A stretch of 63,689 nucleotides of DNA, counting the filler, from Conidiobolus incongruus B7586 (taxonomy: Eukaryota): NCBI GenBank assembly GCA_000697335.1. It is 35 parts of 35 records of this genome, joined end to end, with 100 filler letters (N's around TTAATTAATTAA, not from the genome) between each part and the next. Parts side by side here need not be neighbours in the genome. Positions count along the whole stretch, not along the records: positions 1 to 6,761 come from JNEM01004966.1; positions 6,862 to 8,133 come from JNEM01004969.1; positions 8,234 to 9,462 come from JNEM01004970.1; positions 9,563 to 10,696 come from JNEM01004971.1; positions 10,797 to 12,053 come from JNEM01004972.1; 30 more parts are not named here. One strand, written 5' to 3'. The notes below the pieces were generated by a model. The model saw nothing but the letters and a program-made list of their open reading frames with translations. It was not told the origin of the DNA and did no database searches. Positions within the stretch are counted from its first letter, which is position 1; each line of letters opens with the position of its first letter. The translations under genes and the position numbers were made by a program. Below are positions 1 through 12,153 of this stretch, piece after piece.

Positions 1-493
1 AAATTATAATTATATATCTTATCTTTATTTAATTTTTAAAAGAAAATCAATTAATAATAAATTTTATATTATTTTTTTAAATAAAATTATTTTTAATTGA
101 TATTCTTAATATATATTAAAATAGCTTATTATTTTATATAATAATTATAAAATATATAAATCTAAAATTATAAAAAAATTTGATTATAAATAATTAAAAA
201 AAATACCATATTTAATATATTCCTTAGATTATAACCTAAATAATTATAATTATTTTAAGTAATTAAAAATCTAATTTATAAAACTATTTAATTAATTTGT
301 AAAATATTAAAAATTAATCTTTAATAAAAAGAACTATTTTTTAGATATTAGAAGATTACCAAAAGTAGAGCAAAAAATTTTCAATAATATAGGAAACTAT
401 AAAATTTATATTATATTCTGATTTATTTTATATTAAAATGTTATTATAGTTTTAATTGCAAAAAATTACCATTATTTTAAATTTCAAAATAAT
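1..493 (+). mobile_element. Mariner-type (DD34D) transposon, hypermutated 3' fragment with right end
   Basis: ataccatatttaatatattccttagattataaccta (about 203-238) aligns with the LPHPAYSPDYNP region of the family. The right-end motif aaaaaattaccattattttaa (about 460-480) is shared with other copies. Confidence 0.8.
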
Positions 494-1169
494 CATTATA
501 TATTAATTAAATTATTAACAAAATATAAATGATTTTAATTTTATAACTCATTTTAATAGTCTAATATATATAATTAATTGGTATTATTAGCAATATTTTT
601 CAAAAATCAGAAATTCAAAAAATTGCCATTTTCTTCTTGTTAAACTAATAATATATTAAATTTGATAATAAATTAAATCGTTCAAAACATGCTTAAAGTA
701 ATAAATAATAATAATAATAATCACTTTCAATTTATAAGTATCAATCTTAAAATATTTGCTAATAAATGGATATTTTCGAAAAATATCTGAAATAATAATG
801 GAATGTAATAAACCAATTAACTTGAAATATAAAATCAAGACCAATCAATATATTTTTTATTATAATATGTTTTTATTATGATTCAACCATGATATGAAAT
901 CCATCTTAATATTTCAAACTATTTCAATAATTGTAACATAAGATTCAAATTCAGACAAACTAACACTACTCTCAATGAAATATTTTAATGAATAACAGAA
1001 AATAACATTTTATATTTAATCTATGATTTAATAGCTATTTTTTGATTATATAATTCATAACATATTTGGATTTCAAATAGGCACGATTGAATATAACGAA
1101 TTTACTATTCTTTTTTAGATAAAATTTAATTGAATTAAATTTATAACTGAAATTTTTAATAGTGTAAAT

Positions 1170-1396
1170 TGTTATGTTCCAACCAAATTATACCTTAGCT
1201 TTTTCCTTTTTATTTCAATTTATTTTTTATCTTTTTTCCCTCAAATTTATCAATTCTTATTCCAATATACAAAAAAAGAAAATTAGATCAAAGTTTTTAT
1301 AGTTGACTTTCAAAACTATAAATAAGCTATATCAGAATATTATAAGTTATCAACACTTAATATAATTATCCCAGATTCCAGCACTAGGTTAATACA
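1170..1396 (+). mobile_element. Degenerate solo LTR, same family as 13691-14009
   Basis: Starts TGT and ends ACA. Shares attatcc-ag-ttccagcactagg-taata-a and tttccct-aaatt-atc-attct with the 13691 copy. No matching TSD was seen, so the left boundary is uncertain. Confidence 0.55.
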
Positions 1397-2250
1397 GCAA
1401 AAATTGTATCAAATTTGAGTTATTTAAAGCCATCGATTTTCGTGAAATTTTGTTAAAATCAAAATTTTCTAAAAAAATGAATTTATTTTTGGCTCTATTA
1501 TATTGATAATAAACTATTAAGTATATATTTATATTTATAAACTTTTTCATAAATGTTAAGATTAAATTATGGATAAACATAACTAATATTTAAATTCTAG
1601 TTAGTCTCAACTAAGCCTAATTCAAGTGTTAAGATTCATGGATTGAATTTAATGCCAAAAAGAAAAAATAATTAATAATTGATATGAACGATCCTGAAAT
1701 AAGCAAAAAACAATTTCATGAAATCGTTCGAGAGTTTAATATTTTGTGATTGATAGTATTGTGTTACTGTGACATTTTATATTTTTATGAATGATTATTG
1801 AAATATACCGATAATTTCATTTATATTCGTTTTTTAAACCTGTGTAGTGTTAACTGTTTGACAGAGATAATATTGTAAATTTAATAATACATAATTAATA
1901 TAAGTATATTATATTAACATATTAATATATCAGATAACTAAAATATCAAATAAAATATATTTTTAAATATCCTGTTTTCTTTAAACGAAGAGTAGAAATG
2001 GATCAAGTATGACAAATAGCACATTATTACAACTTCAAAAATTCTCAAATACCTAAAATGGATAAAAATAATAACAGTTCCATTCAAAAAAAACAGCCAG
2101 TGAATTCACCTAAAAATTTCAATTTAAAATAAAATTTCCCCTCAAATCCTCACAGATCATCTCTTCATTCATATTAATCATTTAATTCATATTTTTTTAT
2201 CTAAATATTATTAACCTTTAATATTTTTAAGTGTGTTCTATTCGGTTAGC

Positions 2251-3843
2251 ATGATAGAACTTAATACTAAAACGCCTAAAAAACAGTTGGACAGTTACTT
2301 GGCTCAAACGGTTCAGGAGCTTATGAACTGTAACCGATGTATCGTAGTTACCGGTGCCGGTATTTCTTGTAGTGCTGGTATTCCTGTAAGTTTTTCTTTG
2401 TTAATTAAAATAATTATAGATTGATCCCTTAATTTTTAATTATCAATATCATTCTAAGAAGAAATTAATAATAATACCAATAATAAAAACAGAAAATTAA
2501 TTAAGATTTTAGGATTTTAGATCTTCCACAGGTCTATACAATTTAGTTAAAGAAAAATTTCCCACAACTTTTACCAAAGGTTCAGACCTATTCGATGCTA
2601 CATTATTTAAGAGTGAAGAAGCCACCACCTACTTTTATAAATTTATGGGTGAATTAAAAGATTCTATACAACAAACTTCGCACACTTTAACACATCAGTT
2701 TATTAAATTGTTGGTAGATAAGGGTAAATTGTTGAGATGTTACACTCAGAATATCGATGATTTGGAAAATGATTTGGATTTGAATACTAATTTAAATGAT
2801 AATGAAGTGCAGGTAGTTCAATTGCACGGCACTTTATCTAGAGTGGTGTGTACTTTAACTAACCAACATAATTTCGAATTTGACGAAAAACACATCGAAT
2901 ATTTTAAGGAGGGTAAAATTCCTAATTGTCCCAGTTGTGAATCTTATGAGCAGGAGAGAGTCAAGTCGGGTAAGAGAGCTCCTGCTACTGGTCTATTGAG
3001 ACCTGATATCGTTTTATATAATGAAATTCATCCTAAAGGTGAACAAATTGGTAATATTCAATGCAACGACCTTCGCAAGAAGCCTGATCTTTTAATTATT
3101 ATGGGCACCAGTTTGAAGGTTATTGGTTGCAAGCGTTTGGTTAAAGAGATGGCTAAATCAATTCATGCTAACAAGAAGGGTAAGGTCATCTTTGTTAATT
3201 TAGGCTCAGTTAGTGAATCAGAGTGGGGTGATGTTATCGATTACCACTTTCAACTTCCTACTGACGACTGGGTGAGAAAGATTGTAAATATTTGGAGTCA
3301 ATTGGACCATAATACACCCAAGAACCTACTCATGGGCAAGAAGCCAATTGCTTCATCATCTTCTAAGAAACCAACCACCTCGAAATCCAAAAAATCTATG
3401 GGCGCTAAGAATAAAATACGTATCAAAACTACTAAGCTTTCTAAATCAGTTAAGAACAGACCTAAATCACCCAAGTTAATTCAATCTCCTTTGAAATTCC
3501 CTACTATCAAGAGACCTATTGACAGTGTTCTGAAGAAGAGTCCAGCTTTCAAAGAATTTAACAGTAAGTAGATGATCTTATATACATTATGCAATAGATT
3601 TGTATCAATTTTATTAAACATAATTCTAATTAGTCTTCGACTATCGACTATTTTAAACCATTCGACTAATCCACTCACCTTCTAGATCATTCCAAATCAG
3701 CACGAACCCAAGGCACTAAGCCGTTGCCATTCCCCACATTTTCACCCAAGAAGACGAGGTCATACTACCTGAAGCAGGCACAGCTCCAGACGAACTCCAT
3801 GGCTCCCTTGATTAGCCCCTCCAAAAGTGCATCCGTAGTATAA
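2251..3843 (+). CDS. NAD-dependent sirtuin deacetylase, Hst3/Hst4-like; exons 2251-2385, 2513-3563, 3686-3843 (about 447 aa)
   Basis: GAGISCSAGIP|DFRS is joined across a GT-AG intron. Further motifs are YTQNID, QLHG, LRPDIVLYNE and DLLIIMGTSLKV. The second intron (GTAAGT...gactaat...TAG) restores the frame to TAA at 3841-3843. LRPDIVLY and GTSLKV are typical of the fungal Hst3/4 subclass. Confidence 0.93.
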
Positions 3844-4312
3844 TCCTTTATAGATGACATCATTTACTTAAATTTTCATCTTAAAATCTTATTTTTTTTA
3901 TTCATTAAAAAATTAAACTTAGCTCTTTGGATTCTAACGTATCACTTGGGAATATCATTTTGATTACCCTTCATTTTAAAATTCCAGAATATGCCCAGTA
4001 TTATATAATATTTGTTCTAACTGAAAATTTACTTATTCATCATTTCAATTATATTAATATGATTTCAATATTGAACCAATTAAATAATCAATTTATCATT
4101 AACCACTTTTAAAGTGATAAAATTTGTTCAAGTAAACAAATTAAGTTAAATTACTTTAACTTGAAAGTCTTTTAAGATTGATTTACTATTTGGTTTGAAT
4201 TTTAATATTTTAAAAAACTATATGGAACAATTTAAATAACATTGTGATAAATAATTAATAGTTTAATAGATAAAAATAATAGGAATTACGATTATTAATT
4301 ATTGTATATTAT

Positions 4313-5286
4313 TTAATATAACCTTAAATTATTTAATTTAATAAACTCAATATGACAGTCTGATAACCCTAATATCCATTCCTTTTCGAATTCATCTTCA
4401 CTAATACATTCACCAAATTTAATATGCTGCACGTTTAATTCTGTCATTGTTAAATATTCTTGTAAATTGTTGATATCCGTTTTATCTATTTCATAATTAT
4501 TTGTCTTTAATATGTTATAATAATCATTTAATTGAATATTTTTACCTTCTCCAATAATACACTCATATATAGGCGGTGGTTTAATATAATTATTATTTGC
4601 ATCCAACTAATATTGTATTATTAGCAATATAATCATGTAAAAATATAATAAAATTACCATATGAGATCTATTACTACTAAACCATTTTAAATATTCCTTC
4701 CCTCCAATCAATCGATACCTCCTCCAATACTTAGGTTCTCCTAAATACGGTTCAGGCTGCTGGAAACTATATAAAAAATAATACGGTGCAGGAGTCAATT
4801 TATTTAATCGGGTATCGAAATCGTATATCCAGCTGTAATTACTATATAATTTTGTTGAATGAGAATATTATTCTGTTTTAAAGATATTTTTGTATTTACT
4901 TTATTTTAATTAGTAGTATGACATGGTAATCCTAATAAAATAACGATTAATAATTATATTTAGAGATTTAAGTTAAAAAACATTACCCAAACAACAGGTA
5001 ATTCAGGTTCCAAGCTTAATTTTTGATACCAAATAGGGATCTAACGATGATAGTAAATAAAAATATTAAAATATTATTAAAATGTACAATATACCATTTT
5101 ATTTTCATTACTAACAAAAACTGTATATAATTCAATCTTTTTATCTTCCAAATCTTTTTTAAATTCACTATTATACAAATATTCTATCAGTTTGTAAATA
5201 TTTTCCTCGCAGTAGTGACTCGTGTAAATAAGTGGAGGTATTGTTAAATCATTTAAATGTTGTATTAATGGGTGTAATTCTGTCAT
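4313..5286 (-). CDS. NTAQ1: Protein N-terminal glutamine amidohydrolase (Nt-Gln amidase, N-degron pathway); exons 5286-5095, 5040-4987, 4931-4900, 4832-4658, 4606-4313 (about 248 aa)
   Basis: The spliced translation gives YTSHYCEENIY, VFVSNENKMIPIWYQK, PVVW|DYHV, WIYDFDTRL, FSSNRSHM|LD and KPPPIYECI. The Cys-His-Asp triad is present. Four GT-AG introns of 51-67 nt keep the frame. Confidence 0.95.
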
Positions 5287-5414
5287 ATTTTTATTAAATT
5301 AACTTTTTTTTCAGTTTGGGCACAAGTTTGGGTAGGATTGAAATATATCTAAATGATCTTTTTCGAAGAGAAAATTATGGGATCAATGTTTTATGTGTTA
5401 AATATATTTAAATA

Positions 5415-5785
5415 TATTGACACTGGCTGAGAAGTCAAGTGTCGAATAACTTGTAAGTAAAAAGTCGTCTTCCGGGACGGCACCTGTTTGGTGTTATAAA
5501 AGGGGTAATTTATTGTTTAACCTGGATTATTGGGCTGTACCCTAGGAAGAGGACGGACGTGATAACCTGGTTGTAGTCGGCATATTTATAGTTTGTTTGA
5601 CGTGTCTTCCAAGCGTGCGAGCCTCACGTCGGATGGAACGATTGATTGCATTGCTCGGGTGTATTTTGTGGTCGCGTTGCAGGTGAATCTGTGACGGGGT
5701 TCTCGAATGAATTGAATTATTAAGGACGAACGGGTCCTCCGGCCCGTGGCAATATCTTATAATTGAGGTTCTCGAATTTATTACA
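5415..5785 (+). ncRNA. Putative structured non-coding RNA of unassigned family
   Basis: GC/CpG-rich island with no listed ORF in an AT-rich background. At least 6 helices use G-U wobble pairs that work on the + strand, with GAGA (GNRA) and UCCG (UNCG) tetraloops. Confidence 0.6.
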
Positions 5786-6761
5786 ATATTTCATTTTTAT
5801 ATGTTAATATTCAATCAATAATCGATTTTTCTTAAAATATGTTAACAACTCTGATTTATATGCAAATTTATTATTTAAAAAATGTGATTGAATTAATAAA
5901 GATGGTTCATTTTTTTACTCTTCAATTTCATTATTTAATTTCTGGTAATTGTTAATCACTATTATTACCTAAGGATTGAGATTATATCTATTGATATTTT
6001 ATCATAATGGATCTTTTTTATTATTAATTATGGCATTTTAACATATAATGAATATATTTACTAAATACAAAGAATCATATTTATACATTACTTATATTTG
6101 ATCTTTTTTGCATTATACTTTGAACTCACTATTTGCCATTATATGATAAATAAGTTAATTTAAAATAATATTTCAAAATCAAACAAGTCTTTAATTTAGG
6201 ATCATTAATAATATTGAATTAAAATTAATTTGATGTTAGTCATTATTAGGGGAAAAATAAGCCTTAAGAGTATTTTAATCATAAATCAATATTTATTAAA
6301 TAACTTTGTAAGTTTAGGATTTATTACTTTTTTTCGCATTTTAAAATTGATTTTTAAATAATTTAATGAATTCCCAATTATTGAAATTATTGAAAATAAT
6401 ATACAATATTAAATATCCAATTTTTGGTTTTTTTATCTTATATAAATAAAATGAAAAACTTTTCTATAATTGAATTACTTGAAGTAATTAATTATAATAT
6501 ATATTATTTTGAAATATTTTAAGATATTATTTTAATAATTATTTATGATTATTTTATTTTATTAGATATCTAATATTAATCTTTAATTTTTATATTTTAT
6601 TTTATTTTAATATATAGTTTATATATTTTAATTATAAATAAAAAGGTAAAATAATTAACTAATTAAAATAAAAAATTTTAATATTTAATTGCTTTGATTA
6701 TTAATATTTATAATAGAATCCTAAATATATATAAGATTTAAAATAATATTTATATAAAATT

Positions 6762-6861
6762 NNNNNNNNNNNNNNNNNNNNNNNNNNNNNNNNNNNNNNN
6801 NNNNNTTAATTAATTAANNNNNNNNNNNNNNNNNNNNNNNNNNNNNNNNNNNNNNNNNNNN
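6762..6861. other. Artificial contig linker N44-TTAATTAATTAA-N44 (first of 34 in the window)
   Basis: An identical 100-nt unit with stop codons in all six frames recurs 34 times, e.g. at 8134, 9463, 10697 ... 61029, 62521. Confidence 0.98.
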
Positions 6862-6954
6862 ATTTATTTATTTTTAAATTAATTTTTATTTTTTTCTTAA
6901 AATTTATTTAAAATTACAAAATAATAATAATTATTATTTAAGCTTTTATTAGAT

Positions 6955-8133
6955 ATTAATGCAAAAATTAAATAATGGCACAGTTTTGAAATAAAAATTA
7001 ATCAAATAAATTAATGAATATTATAAAATTAATAGCCTTTTTTATATCTTTGGTAAGTTTCTAATACCTAAAAAATATTTTTTTTATTAAGGACTGAAAT
7101 TTAATATTCTATAAACTAATTTAATTTGTTTGCAAGAATTTTTTTCCTATAAACTATTTTTTTAATTATCCAAAACAATTATAATTACATAGGCTATAAT
7201 TAAATGAATATATTAGATATAGTAACTCCCTTTATTTTTTTTATATAAAAAATTTTTTATAGCTTTAATTTTATATATTTTGCAATTATTATGCAAAATA
7301 ATAGGTGTCCTTAATTTATATTAAGAATATTATTTTGAAATTATTTTATTTAAAAAGGAAATATATAATTTACTATTAATTAATTTTCCTTAAGATATTA
7401 TATAAGAAAACCATATACTATTAAAATCTATTATAATAATTAATATTTCCTTATATTTAAAATATTTATTCATTAGAATTTATAAAGAGGATTAATTTAA
7501 CTTAACCTAATATCTTGTTTTATTTTTAAGTAAAGGATTATACAAAGAAATCTCAAATTTATCAATTATAAATATTTATTCTAAAAACCTTTGTTTTGGT
7601 TATACCTTAATAAGTTTAATTTAGCTATAACTACTTTAGTTTTCTTTTAGGATTTTGTTAAATTATAAGGTATCCATTTTATATTTTATTAATTAATCTA
7701 AGTTTAAACTTAAGTAAATATAACATGCTTAAATAATTAATGTTAAATTATTTTGATAATTTCTTAATAAAAATAAATAATTATTTCTTAATATTTTTTT
7801 ATTTTTTTAGTAAATAAAAAAAAATAATAAAATTTAATATTTTAAATTTTGCTAAATTTTAAATAATATCCTTTTTAGCTTTAAAATCACAAATTGAGTA
7901 ATATATGGTAGTTTTAAATAAAACATTATTTTTATAAACTATTTGCAAGCTTTAAATGTTTTTAAAAGATTTATGGTTAACTTTTAAAGATATAAAAATA
8001 AAAGCATCTTGATAATTATAATCTAGTTTAAATATGATTTAATTTAAATTTAAATTTTAAAATCAAAATATTTTAATAAAAAAAATAATTAAAATTGAAT
8101 ATATATATATATAGTTTGAAAATATTTATTTTC
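6955..8133 (-). mobile_element. Mariner-type (DD34D) transposon, hypermutated
   Basis: The reverse complement contains tggataccttataatttaac (W-I/V-PHNL region, about 7660-7677) and ttttgcataataattgc (LHDN region, about 7281-7297). Confidence 0.85.
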
Positions 8134-8233
8134 NNNNNNNNNNNNNNNNNNNNNNNNNNNNNNNNNNNNNNNNNNNNTTAATTAATTAANNNNNNNNNNN
8201 NNNNNNNNNNNNNNNNNNNNNNNNNNNNNNNNN

Positions 8234-9462
8234 AATAATATATATAATTAATTAATGATATTTAATTATTAAAAAGTTAAAATATAAATTTTTCAATTTT
8301 ACCTAAGATAAGTCATAAATTTATAGATTTATGATAATAAAAAAATGAAAACTTAATGGATTTACCTTTAATATTTCTAATATCTTTAAGTTTATAGGGT
8401 ATAAAATCAATTAACTTTTTATACTAAAAAAGGTTAATTTTATTCTTTATTTTTTAAATATATTCCTAAAGCTAATTTAAATTTTTTACTAGGAGGAAAG
8501 CTTTAATAGCTTTTTTAACTAATCCCAAAGGTGTTTAATTAAGTTAAAGTTAAGAAATTAAAGAGGTCACTTTATAACTATTATTTTGTTATTTTTAAGC
8601 TATTTGGTAATAATAGTTATAATATAGTAAGAGATATTATTTTATTAAAAAATAATATTAAATTTGTTTAACCTATACTATTCAATAGTTTTTTAATTCA
8701 TTGTTTAAAATACTTTAGTATATGTCAATATTAATTCCCCTATTAATTTATAAAGATATTTTACACCTAAAGATAATATATATCCCCAAATAATAATTAA
8801 CCTATCATTTTACTTTTGGGTAAAACTAACATAATAATTACAAAGTAGTTTTACATTTTATTACAATATTTATATTTCATTAGATCCATTAAAGTAAATT
8901 TTTGTTTTTTTAAACTAAATAATCTTATTTTTATTAATTTTAATTTAATATTAATTATAATATTTAAACTCCCACCTAACTTTATAATAAGATTCCTTTA
9001 ATTGGGGGTATTTTTACTTAAAATGTGAGTAATATCTATGTTAATATAAAACATATATAATAATATCAATATTAACAAATTTTCTTGTATTGTTTTATAG
9101 TTCTTATTATATTTTTACAGTAATACTATATTAATCTATATTAACTAACCTATAGATATATTTTTTATCATATTTATCTATAATTTTAATATATTTAAGT
9201 TTAAATTTAAATATATTTTATTGCTATTCTTAACAGCATTAACTATAGTAGATTAGTTAACACTAGTAATTCTAATAATATAATAAGTTAATTTATCTTC
9301 TTTATAAAGTTGATTAATATACAAATAAATTTTTTTAAAGAAAAATTTAAGTATAATGATAGTAATAAAAACAATTTAATATATTTATAAAATATTTTAT
9401 AAAATAATAACAAAAAAAGAAAAAAGATATGGTTATATATTGTTAAATATATCTCCTTATCT
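8234..9462 (-). mobile_element. Tc1-type (DD34E) transposon, hypermutated
   Basis: The reverse complement of about 8520-8573 reads aagtgacctct...aattaaacacctttgggat, a remnant of WPPQSPDLNPIEHLWD. Confidence 0.9.
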
Positions 9463-9562
9463 NNNNNNNNNNNNNNNNNNNNNNNNNNNNNNNNNNNNNN
9501 NNNNNNTTAATTAATTAANNNNNNNNNNNNNNNNNNNNNNNNNNNNNNNNNNNNNNNNNNNN

Positions 9563-10696
9563 AGGTTATTAAGAATAATATTTAAAAAACATTTAAATTA
9601 AAACTTAAGTATATTAAGATTATAGATAAATATAATAAAAAGTATATTTATAGATTAGTTAATATAGGTAAGTATAATATTGCTATAAAAGTATATTAAG
9701 TATTATAAAACTATACAAGGATATTAATTAATATTGATACTATTATATATGTTTTATATTAGAATAGATATTTCTTATATTTTAAGAAAAAACACCCATA
9801 AATAAAAAAATATTATTATAAAATTAGGTAAGAAAAAAAAATGACAATATTAAAGTTAAACTAAAACTAACTAAAGTAAAGTTATTTAGTCTTATAAAAC
9901 AAAGTTATATTTTAATAAATCTAATAAAAAAGCTAGATGTTTCAAAAAAGATAAAAAACCATTTTATAACTAATATGTTAATATAACCCAAAAATATAAT
10001 AATAGGTTAATTATAGTTTGAGAATATATATTATCTTTAAATATAAGGTATTTTTGTAGGGTTAATAGGGGAATTAATACTGAAATATACCAAAGCATTC
10101 TAAATAATAAATTAAAAAAAAACTATTTAATAATATAGGTTAAATAAATTAAATATTATTTTCTAACAAGATAATGCCTTTTGCTATAATATAAACTATA
10201 CTATTAAATGACTTAAAAATAACAAAATAACTATTATGAAATAACTTCCTTAATTTCTTAATCTTAACTTAATTAAATATCTTTAGGATTAATTAAAAAA
10301 ATTAATGAAAGCTTTCCCCTTAGCAAAAAATTTAGATCAACTTTAAAAGTATATTTAAAAAGCTTAGAGTAATATTAATTTTACTTAATATAAAAAGCTA
10401 GTTGACTTTTTGCTTTATAAACTTAAAAAAGTTAGAAAAACAAAAGATAGATATATTAGATATTAATTGTTCTATCAATATTAAAACCTACCAATTTATA
10501 ACTTATTTTAGATATACTTATAGTTTTAATATATTAATCAATAATTAATTAAATTTAACTTTTTATATTATATTAAAAATAAAAAAATATATATTAATTA
10601 TATAGTTTAATATAAGTTTATTTAAATTAGAATTAATTAAAATATTAATAGAAATATTTATATTTTAAATTTTATAACTTATTTTTGCAAACTAAT
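9563..10696 (+). mobile_element. Tc1-type (DD34E) transposon, hypermutated, with right end
   Basis: ttctaacaagataatgcc (FQQDNA) at 10161. The D codon at 10170 and the E-position codon at 10275 are 105 nt apart. Confidence 0.9.
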
Positions 10697-10796
10697 NNNN
10701 NNNNNNNNNNNNNNNNNNNNNNNNNNNNNNNNNNNNNNNNTTAATTAATTAANNNNNNNNNNNNNNNNNNNNNNNNNNNNNNNNNNNNNNNNNNNN

Positions 10797-11990
10797 CTTT
10801 AATAACTTTTTGGTATATTTTTAATAAAGATCAAATACTTAAAAAGTAGTTCTTTTTATTAAAGATTGAAATTTGATATTTTACAAACCAATTAAATTTT
10901 TTTACAGAAATTTTCTTCCTTATAAGCTAGTTTTTTAATTGCCCAAAATAATTATAATCACATAAGTTATAATTTAAAGATTATATCAGATATGGTAGTT
11001 TTTTCCAGTTAATTTTAATTAAAAAGTTTTTCATATCTTTAAATTTATATATTTTATAATTATCATGTAAAATAATAAGTTTTCTTAAATTATATTGAAA
11101 ATATCAATTAGAAATAGTTTTATTTAACTAAAAAAATAAAATTTACTATTAATTTATTTTCCTTTAAGAATTAAATAAAAATAATATATTCTATTATAAT
11201 CCATTATAATAATTAATATTTATTTATCAACAAAGTATTTATTTAAAAAAATTTATAAAGGAGGTTGATTTAGCTTAATCTAACACCTTGATTTATATTT
11301 TAGCAAATAATTATACAAAGGAATATAAGGTTCATCAATAATAATGATTTATTATAAAAGCTTAGGTTTTTAGTTATACCATAGTAGGTTTTATTTAATA
11401 ATAGCTACTCTAGCTTTTTTTAAAACTTTAGTTAAATTATAAATTACCTATTTTGTATTTTAATTAATTAATTTTAATTTAAACTTTAATATTTATAAAA
11501 TACTTATATGATTAATATTAAAATGTCTTGATAATTTCTAGCTAAAATAAAAAGATGTTTTTTAATATAATTTTTCACTTTATTAATAATTACAAAAGTG
11601 ATAATTAAAATTAATCTTCTAGATTTTAACAGGTTTTTGATTGTTTTTCTTTTAATTTTAAAATAATTTACCTAGTGATAAATTGTTGATTTAGATAATA
11701 TTTTGTTATCAAAAGCTGCTTGTAAACTTTAAATGATATTAGCAAGTTTGTGGTTAAGTTTTATAGATACTAAAATAAAAAACTTTTGATGGGTATTATT
11801 TAGTTTAAATATAATTAAATTAAATAATTAATTTTAAAAAATTAATTTTTTAATCAAAAAAATTAATATATATATATATATATATAATTCAAAACTATTA
11901 ATTTTCCTATTTATTTTGTATATATTCTTTTATTTAAAATTAATAATTTGTTTGAAAAATCACAAATTAAAAAATTTCCAATTTTTTTAA
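10797..11990 (-). mobile_element. Mariner-type (DD34D) transposon, hypermutated
   Basis: Collinear with 36450-37750 in reverse complement. attatcatgtaaaataat at about 11058-11075 corresponds to IILHDN. Confidence 0.88.
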
Positions 11991-12153
11991 TTCTATGGTA
12001 ATATTTATTAAAAGTTTATTATTTTAATATTAGTAAAACTTAATTATAAACCTNNNNNNNNNNNNNNNNNNNNNNNNNNNNNNNNNNNNNNNNNNNNTTA
12101 ATTAATTAANNNNNNNNNNNNNNNNNNNNNNNNNNNNNNNNNNNNNNNNNNNN

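Noticed and set aside
656..1580. Short ORFs 656-844 and 1389-1580 (also 3481-3678, 3927-4112, 23666-23884, 58385-58594)
   Set aside because: Their I/N/K/Y/F-rich composition is expected by chance in AT-rich DNA. They have no motifs, and some overlap TEs or lie antisense to genes.
5424..5450. Resemblance to the U2 snRNA 5' region (TGGCT-AGA..TCAAGTGT), the TPP riboswitch CTGAGA, or the RNase MRP GARAR loop
   Set aside because: The branch-recognition GTAGTA, the TPP P4/P5 motifs and the MRP CR-I (GAAAGTCCCC) are absent. The segment forms its own hairpin.
5515..5570. TTAGGG-type telomerase template
   Set aside because: Only ACCCTAG and TAACCTGG occur, with no CTAACCCT. A non-canonical telomere repeat cannot be excluded.
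5605..5700. HDV/CPEB3-like ribozyme (TCACGTCG, GGTGAATCTG) or U1-like ATTGCA and Sm-like ATTTTGTG
   Set aside because: There is no proper P1.1 or J4/2 catalytic C, and no ACTTACCTG 5' end or U1-70K loop.
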